Notes under the pieces: generated by a model
What the model was told of the DNA's origin: nothing
The model's database searches: none
The model's input: only the letters and a program-made list of their open reading frames with translations
DNA from: a bacterium
GTDB lineage: Bacteria; Bacteroidota; Ignavibacteria; UBA10030
Direction: 5' to 3'
Assembly: GCA_043803945.1 (NCBI GenBank)
Contig: JAZDJN010000016.1
Coordinates: 1 to 64,000 of the forward strand
Length of the DNA stretch: 64,000 nt
Shown here: positions 59,646 through 64,000 of the stretch, piece after piece
Layout: the number at the start of each line of letters is the position of its first letter
Numbering within the stretch: position 1 is the stretch's first letter
Program-made: the position numbers and the translations under genes

Positions 59646-60824
59646 GTGGTGATAACGTTTGAACAGGCTAGTGAGATCGTCCAATCGAATTGCTATTTGC
59701 TCGGTACTGAACACATTGATTTCAAGGAAAGTCTAAATCGCGTTCTGAGACAGGATGTCGTTTCCGATCTTGATATGCCCCCCTTTCATAAATCTGCAAT
59801 GGATGGATATGCCTGCAGGCAGGAAGATATTCGGAATACACTTGAAGTGATTGAAGTTCTTCCGGCGGGCACTCAACCACAGAAATCGATTGGAATAAAT
59901 CAGTGCGCCAAAATCATGACGGGCGCCATGATCCCTGAGGGAGCGGACTGCGTTCTTATCGTTGAAGAGGTGGAGCAAGTATCGGAGACAACAATTCGAT
60001 TCAAAGCCGAACGGACTTCTGCGAATATCTGCTTCAAAGGCGAGGATGTGATCGCCGGACAAACTCTTGTTTCCACTGGTGTACGGATTACACCCAAAGA
60101 AATCGCTTCGCTTGCGCTGGCCGGCTGTTCTTCGCCGCTCGTCAGCAAGAAACCGATTCTGGGTATTATCGCCACTGGCGATGAAATTGTCGAGCCCTAT
60201 ACGATTCCTCAGGGCTCTCAGATACGAAATACTAATTCGTACCAAATTCTTACACAAGGTAATCAGTTTGGATGCACAACCAAGTACTATGGCATCGTAC
60301 CAGATACTGAAGAAGCCATTGGGCGTGTACTTACTGAGGCAAGGTCCGAATGCCATGTGGTGCTTCTGACCGGCGGCGTCTCCATGGGAGATTTCGATCT
60401 CGTCCCCTCCCTCTTGAAGAACCATGGCTTTGAACTTTTCTTTGAGAAGGTGGCCATTCAACCAGGCAAGCCGACAGTGTTCGGACGCAGCGGCAACACG
60501 TTCGTATTTGGATTGCCTGGCAATCCAGTTTCCTCCTTCATGGTGTTTGAATTTTTTGTGAAGGAGCTGCTCGCCGGTATGATGGGCCTGAAACGTTTCT
60601 CAACGATACTGAAGTACCGATTGACAAATGACTACAAACGCAAACGAAGCACGCGGCGTGCATGGGTACCGGTTCAGATTACTGCTGATGGAGAAGCGAA
60701 AGCCCTCGAATACCATGGCTCGGCGCACATCAGTTCATTGGCTGGAGCTGATGGAGTCATTACAATTCCAATTGGTGAACGTGAAATTCTGAAAGGCACA
60801 CTCGTCGATGTACGACAGATTTAA
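59646..60824 (+). CDS. moeA: Molybdopterin molybdo/tungsto-transferase
   Basis: PPF.KSAMDGYA, IMTGA, TGDE, TGGVSMGDFD, QPGKP, LPGNPVS. Confidence 0.95.
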   Translation: MVITFEQASEIVQSNCYLLGTEHIDFKESLNRVLRQDVVSDLDMPPFHKSAMDGYACRQEDIRNTLEVIEVLPAGTQPQKSIGINQCAKIMTGAMIPEGADCVLIVEEVEQVSETTIRFKAERTSANICFKGEDVIAGQTLVSTGVRITPKEIASLALAGCSSPLVSKKPILGIIATGDEIVEPYTIPQGSQIRNTNSYQILTQGNQFGCTTKYYGIVPDTEEAIGRVLTEARSECHVVLLTGGVSMGDFDLVPSLLKNHGFELFFEKVAIQPGKPTVFGRSGNTFVFGLPGNPVSSFMVFEFFVKELLAGMMGLKRFSTILKYRLTNDYKRKRSTRRAWVPVQITADGEAKALEYHGSAHISSLAGADGVITIPIGEREILKGTLVDVRQI

Positions 60825-61608
60825 CAGACAAATTACGTATCTGCGGATCAGCGTCACTGATCGCTGCAATCTTCGCTGCCTCTATTGCATGCCCGAGAAC
60901 GGTATTCAATTAATCCGTCATCAAGATGTCCTCTCGTTTGAGGAGATTGCGGAATTCACAAAATGTGCGGTGGAGATGGGAATCACAAAAGTGAGGCTCA
61001 CTGGTGGTGAACCCTTAGCACGTAAAGGGGTTATAGATCTCGTTCACATGCTTAGTGGCATCTCCGGAATCCAGGACTTCTCCATGACAACCAATGCCAT
61101 TCTCATGCCCAGATATGCTCACGATTTGAAACGTGCCGGTCTTCACCGAGTAAATATCAGTCTCGATACTATCGATCCCGAAAAATACATAGCGATTACA
61201 CGCGGCGGCAATATTGAAGAGGCGCTCCGGGGAATTGCAACAGCAAAAGATGCCGGGTTGCTGCCAATCAAGATTAATTGTGTTATTAAAGAGCACATCG
61301 ATGAACCGGATGCATGTGAAGTCAGGAAGTATTGTGATGACCATGGACTTCTCGTTCGATTCATCTATGAGATGGATATTGAGAAAGGACAATTCGGTGT
61401 TGTCCATGGCGGCAGCGGCGGCGATTGTGAACGTTGTAACCGGCTTCGTCTCACGAGCGATGGATTTCTCAAGCCATGTCTCTTCAACGACATCGCTTTC
61501 AACATTCGAACGATGGACTATCGCGAGGCAATCCGGAATGCTGTTGCGATAAAACCTGAGTGCGGCATACGAAGTACGACACATCAATTTTATAATATTG
61601 GAGGATGA
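60808..61608 (+). CDS. moaA: GTP 3',8-cyclase (short variant)
   Basis: DRFNR..YLRISVTDRCNLRCLYC, LTGGEP, RVNISLD, CERCNRLRLT..G.LKPCL, C-terminal IGG. Confidence 0.92.
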   Translation: MYDRFNRQITYLRISVTDRCNLRCLYCMPENGIQLIRHQDVLSFEEIAEFTKCAVEMGITKVRLTGGEPLARKGVIDLVHMLSGISGIQDFSMTTNAILMPRYAHDLKRAGLHRVNISLDTIDPEKYIAITRGGNIEEALRGIATAKDAGLLPIKINCVIKEHIDEPDACEVRKYCDDHGLLVRFIYEMDIEKGQFGVVHGGSGGDCERCNRLRLTSDGFLKPCLFNDIAFNIRTMDYREAIRNAVAIKPECGIRSTTHQFYNIGG

Positions 61609-61609
61609 A

Positions 61610-62068
61610 ATGGAAAACCTCTCTCACGTAGATTCCGAAGGGCGTGTAACCATGGTCGATGTCGGCGGGAAATCGATACAATATCGATCCGCGAAAGCAG
61701 AAGGTTTCATTCGGCTTCAACCGGAGACCATTCGCTTGATACGAGAGAATGGATTGAAGAAAGGCGATGTGCTGACTGTCGCACAAATCGCCGGTATCCA
61801 GGCTGGGAAGAAAACCGCGGATCTTATCCCCCTCTGCCACCCTTTGCAAATTACAAAACTGGATGTGCAAACCGAGGTCACCGAAGAAGGCGTGCGAGTG
61901 ACGAGTTATGCCAAATGCACCGGACAGACTGGCATTGAGATGGAGGCATTAGCTGCAGCTTCGGTTGCCCTCCTGACAATCTACGATATGTGCAAAGCAG
62001 TGGATAATAAAATGGTACTGGGAGAGATAAGGTTAATCGAGAAACTGAAGAGCGATGAAGAACTGTAA
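61610..62068 (+). CDS. moaC: Cyclic pyranopterin monophosphate synthase
   Basis: LSHVD..G...MVDVG, KKGDVL, LIPLCHP, TGIEMEAL, YDMCKAVD. Confidence 0.96.
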   Translation: MENLSHVDSEGRVTMVDVGGKSIQYRSAKAEGFIRLQPETIRLIRENGLKKGDVLTVAQIAGIQAGKKTADLIPLCHPLQITKLDVQTEVTEEGVRVTSYAKCTGQTGIEMEALAAASVALLTIYDMCKAVDNKMVLGEIRLIEKLKSDEEL

Positions 62069-62091
62069 GCAATTCTTGTTGAATAATGATC

Positions 62092-62180
62092 ACCACGAAG
62101 GGCACGAAGACGCCAAGAAAGATGAAATAGAGAATGATAATTGATAAGAGTTCTTCGTTTTCTTCGTATCTCTTAGTAGT
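62092..62180. repeat. Imperfect long hairpin with ~9-nt periodic arms
   Basis: ACCACGAAG-GGCACGAAG-ACGCCAAGAA ... TTCTTCGTT-TTCTTCGTA-TCTCTTAGTAGT. Confidence 0.6.
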
Positions 62181-62265
62181 TTGTTTTTTTTCAGTGAGAA
62201 CTAAGCAGAAGGAAGTTACTGGATGTGAAATACAGCTATGGTGAATAGTAATTGAGATTACTCAT

Positions 62266-63219
62266 ATGAGCACAAAAAATCAGAATACTACAGGGCGTGT
62301 AGTTTCAATCAATAGTTCAATAGAAAAAGGAGCTACAAAATCTCCCAGGGAACAGGTCGAAGTCAACAACCTCGGAATCATCGGTGATGCACATGCGGGC
62401 CTGTGGCACCGACAAGTCAGTCTCCTGGGGCTGGAAGATATCCAAGCGTTCTCTGCAGCAGAAGCGCAAGGCAGAACTTATAAGCCGGGAGACTTCGCTG
62501 AAAATATCACAACGCAGGGAATCGACTATCGAACCGTGTGTGTCCTCGATCGGTTTACCATCGGAGAAGTGGAATTGGAAATAACGCAAATCGGTAAGAA
62601 ATGCCATGGCAGCGGCTGCGCAATCTTTGTAGAAGTTGGTGCCTGCGTCATGCCAAAGTCAGGAATTTTTGCAAGGGTTGTCCAAGGCGGCAAAATAACG
62701 AAGGGCGACTCCATCGTGTATCATCCACGCCTTCTTAAAATAGCGATCATCACACTCAGCGATCGTGCGAGCAGCGGTGTGTATGAGGATCGTAGCGGGC
62801 CAAAGATCAAAGAGATTCTTGCACCGAGCTTATCTGAAAGGCGCTGGCATCTCGAGTTTTCCTCGCTGCTGATTCCAGACGATAAAGATGCACTACTGTC
62901 CGCATTGGAGAAAAGTGTTCAGGAGAATGTCGATATCATTTTCACCACCGGCGGCACCGGCATTGGTCCAAGAGATATCACTCCGGATGTTGTTGAGGAA
63001 TTCGCCGACAAGCTCATACCGGGAGTTATGGAATATATTCGCGTTAAGTATGGCGAGACAATTCCCTCTGCCCTCCTGAGCAGATCACTTGCGGCTGTAA
63101 AAAATCAGACTTTGATTTATTGCCTTCCGGGAAGCGTCAAAGCAGTGAGCGATTATACAACTGAAATACTGAGAACATTGGAACATGCGATTCTCATGAT
63201 CCATAATATTGGCCATTAA
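62266..63219 (+). CDS. MOSC domain-MogA/MoaB (molybdopterin adenylyltransferase) fusion
   Basis: GDAHAG.WHRQVSLL, G.FAENITT, QIGKKCH; then TLSDR....YEDRSG, TTGGTG.GPRD.TP, LPGS. Confidence 0.9.
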   Translation: MSTKNQNTTGRVVSINSSIEKGATKSPREQVEVNNLGIIGDAHAGLWHRQVSLLGLEDIQAFSAAEAQGRTYKPGDFAENITTQGIDYRTVCVLDRFTIGEVELEITQIGKKCHGSGCAIFVEVGACVMPKSGIFARVVQGGKITKGDSIVYHPRLLKIAIITLSDRASSGVYEDRSGPKIKEILAPSLSERRWHLEFSSLLIPDDKDALLSALEKSVQENVDIIFTTGGTGIGPRDITPDVVEEFADKLIPGVMEYIRVKYGETIPSALLSRSLAAVKNQTLIYCLPGSVKAVSDYTTEILRTLEHAILMIHNIGH

Positions 63220-63448
63220 CACATTGAAGCATCAGTCGAATCTTGGTACTCGTTATACTCCCTACTTTTGCTTTTGCTGGATGATGAACAGAACCGATTG
63301 CGATGACTTTTTGTTAGTAGAGAGTAGTGATTCGGAAGAAGATGGGCGATATGCCTTGTTCGCGACTCCCGATTTCTTTGTCGATAGAGGTGTACGGGCA
63401 ATTGAAAAAATCACCATTGTTCGGATTGAATGACGCTGCTTTAAAATT

Positions 63449-63533
63449 GAACACAGATAACACAGAAGAAGCACGAGATTTTCACAGAAACAACATCTGT
63501 GTAAGTCTCGTGACATCAGTGGACTCAGTGTTC
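63449..63533. repeat. Imperfect ~85-bp hairpin with periodic CACAGA/TCTGTG units
   Basis: GAACACAGATAACACAGA...CACGAGA...CACAGA / TCTGTG...TCTCGTG...TCAGTG...TCAGTGTTC. Confidence 0.65.
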
Positions 63534-63568
63534 TAAGTTTTTCTTGCTGAGGAATAACTGGAGCAACT

Positions 63569-64000
63569 ATGAATAATGCGATCTTTAATTTTCCTGTTCC
63601 ATCGAATGAACCAGTGCTCGGTTACATGCCGGATTCGCCTGAACGGAAAGCACTGGTCGATGAGCTGAACCGACAGGCATCGATGGTGGTTGAAATCCCG
63701 ACGATTATCAATGGTAAAGAGGTTTGCACGGGGGTATTGAAAAAAGTTGTCATGCCATGCGACCATAGCCATATTCTCGCACACTATCATGAAGCCGGGC
63801 CCGAGGAAGCAGTCAAAGCCATTGAAGCTGGGGTCAGAGCGAAGAAGGAGTGGATGCAGCTCTCCTGGGTTGAGCGAGCGGCGATCACTTCAAAAGCTGC
63901 CGAGCTTATTGTTTCAAAATACCGGTATGTCCTGAACGCTGCAACGATGCTCGGCCAGGCGAAAAATATCTATCAATCGGAAATCGATGCGGTGACGGAG
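63569..64000 (+). CDS. pruA: L-glutamate gamma-semialdehyde (P5C) dehydrogenase, 5' part, runs off the window
   Basis: Not in the ORF track because it has no stop. Manual translation gives MNNAIFNFPVPSNEPVLGYMPDSPER...W..LSWVERAAI..KAAEL...LNAATMLGQAKNIYQSEIDA. GGAG RBS. Confidence 0.9.
   Translation, partial: MNNAIFNFPVPSNEPVLGYMPDSPERKALVDELNRQASMVVEIPTIINGKEVCTGVLKKVVMPCDHSHILAHYHEAGPEEAVKAIEAGVRAKKEWMQLSWVERAAITSKAAELIVSKYRYVLNAATMLGQAKNIYQSEIDAVTE

Noticed and set aside
59733-61587. 242-aa and 190-aa minus-strand ORFs
   Set aside because: Antisense shadows of moeA and moaA.
63209-63536. Short ORFs between MOSC-Mog and pruA
   Set aside because: Several overlapping short frames with no recognisable family; possibly a decayed remnant but not supportable.

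Overview
Bacterial chromosomal window, probably from an Ignavibacteria/Bacteroidota-like lineage (inferred from gene content and protein style, not from a search). Most of it is housekeeping: prs-rplY-pth-rpsF-rpsR-rplI, korAB, nrnA, pepA, pdxA, ftsE, apbC/nfu, rtcB+archease, purC, aat, pfk, two csp genes, rmuC, rsmB, rpmE, ispD, queA, ppdK, lpxK/lpxB, smc, tpiA, gatB and sucC. Two accessory blocks stand out. (1) At 23.2-30.2 kb, on the minus strand: a Tdh-like Zn dehydrogenase with a large insertion, an acetate-type AMP-forming ligase, a stand-alone ACP and two paralogous Kbl-like alpha-oxoamine synthases. This is a candidate ACP-tethered acetyl/glycine/threonine pathway. A frameshifted REP-associated Y1 transposase (RAYT) sits between the two synthase genes, flanked by five palindromes of fixed 11-20-11 geometry. 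(2) At 53.2-63.2 kb, a tungsten island: AOR-thiF-thiS divergent from Rrf2-wtpABC-moeA-moaA-moaC-MOSC/Mog, with a perfect 27-bp palindrome over the shared promoter. Other notable items are a degenerate tRNA-Gln copy with a 30-nt double hairpin in its T-loop, an apparently catalytically dead GH2-membrane fusion coupled to smc, and an LmtA-like methyltransferase next to lpxB-lpxK. Three genes carry single lesions (sucC, RAYT, a DUF1624-like gene), which may be assembly errors.
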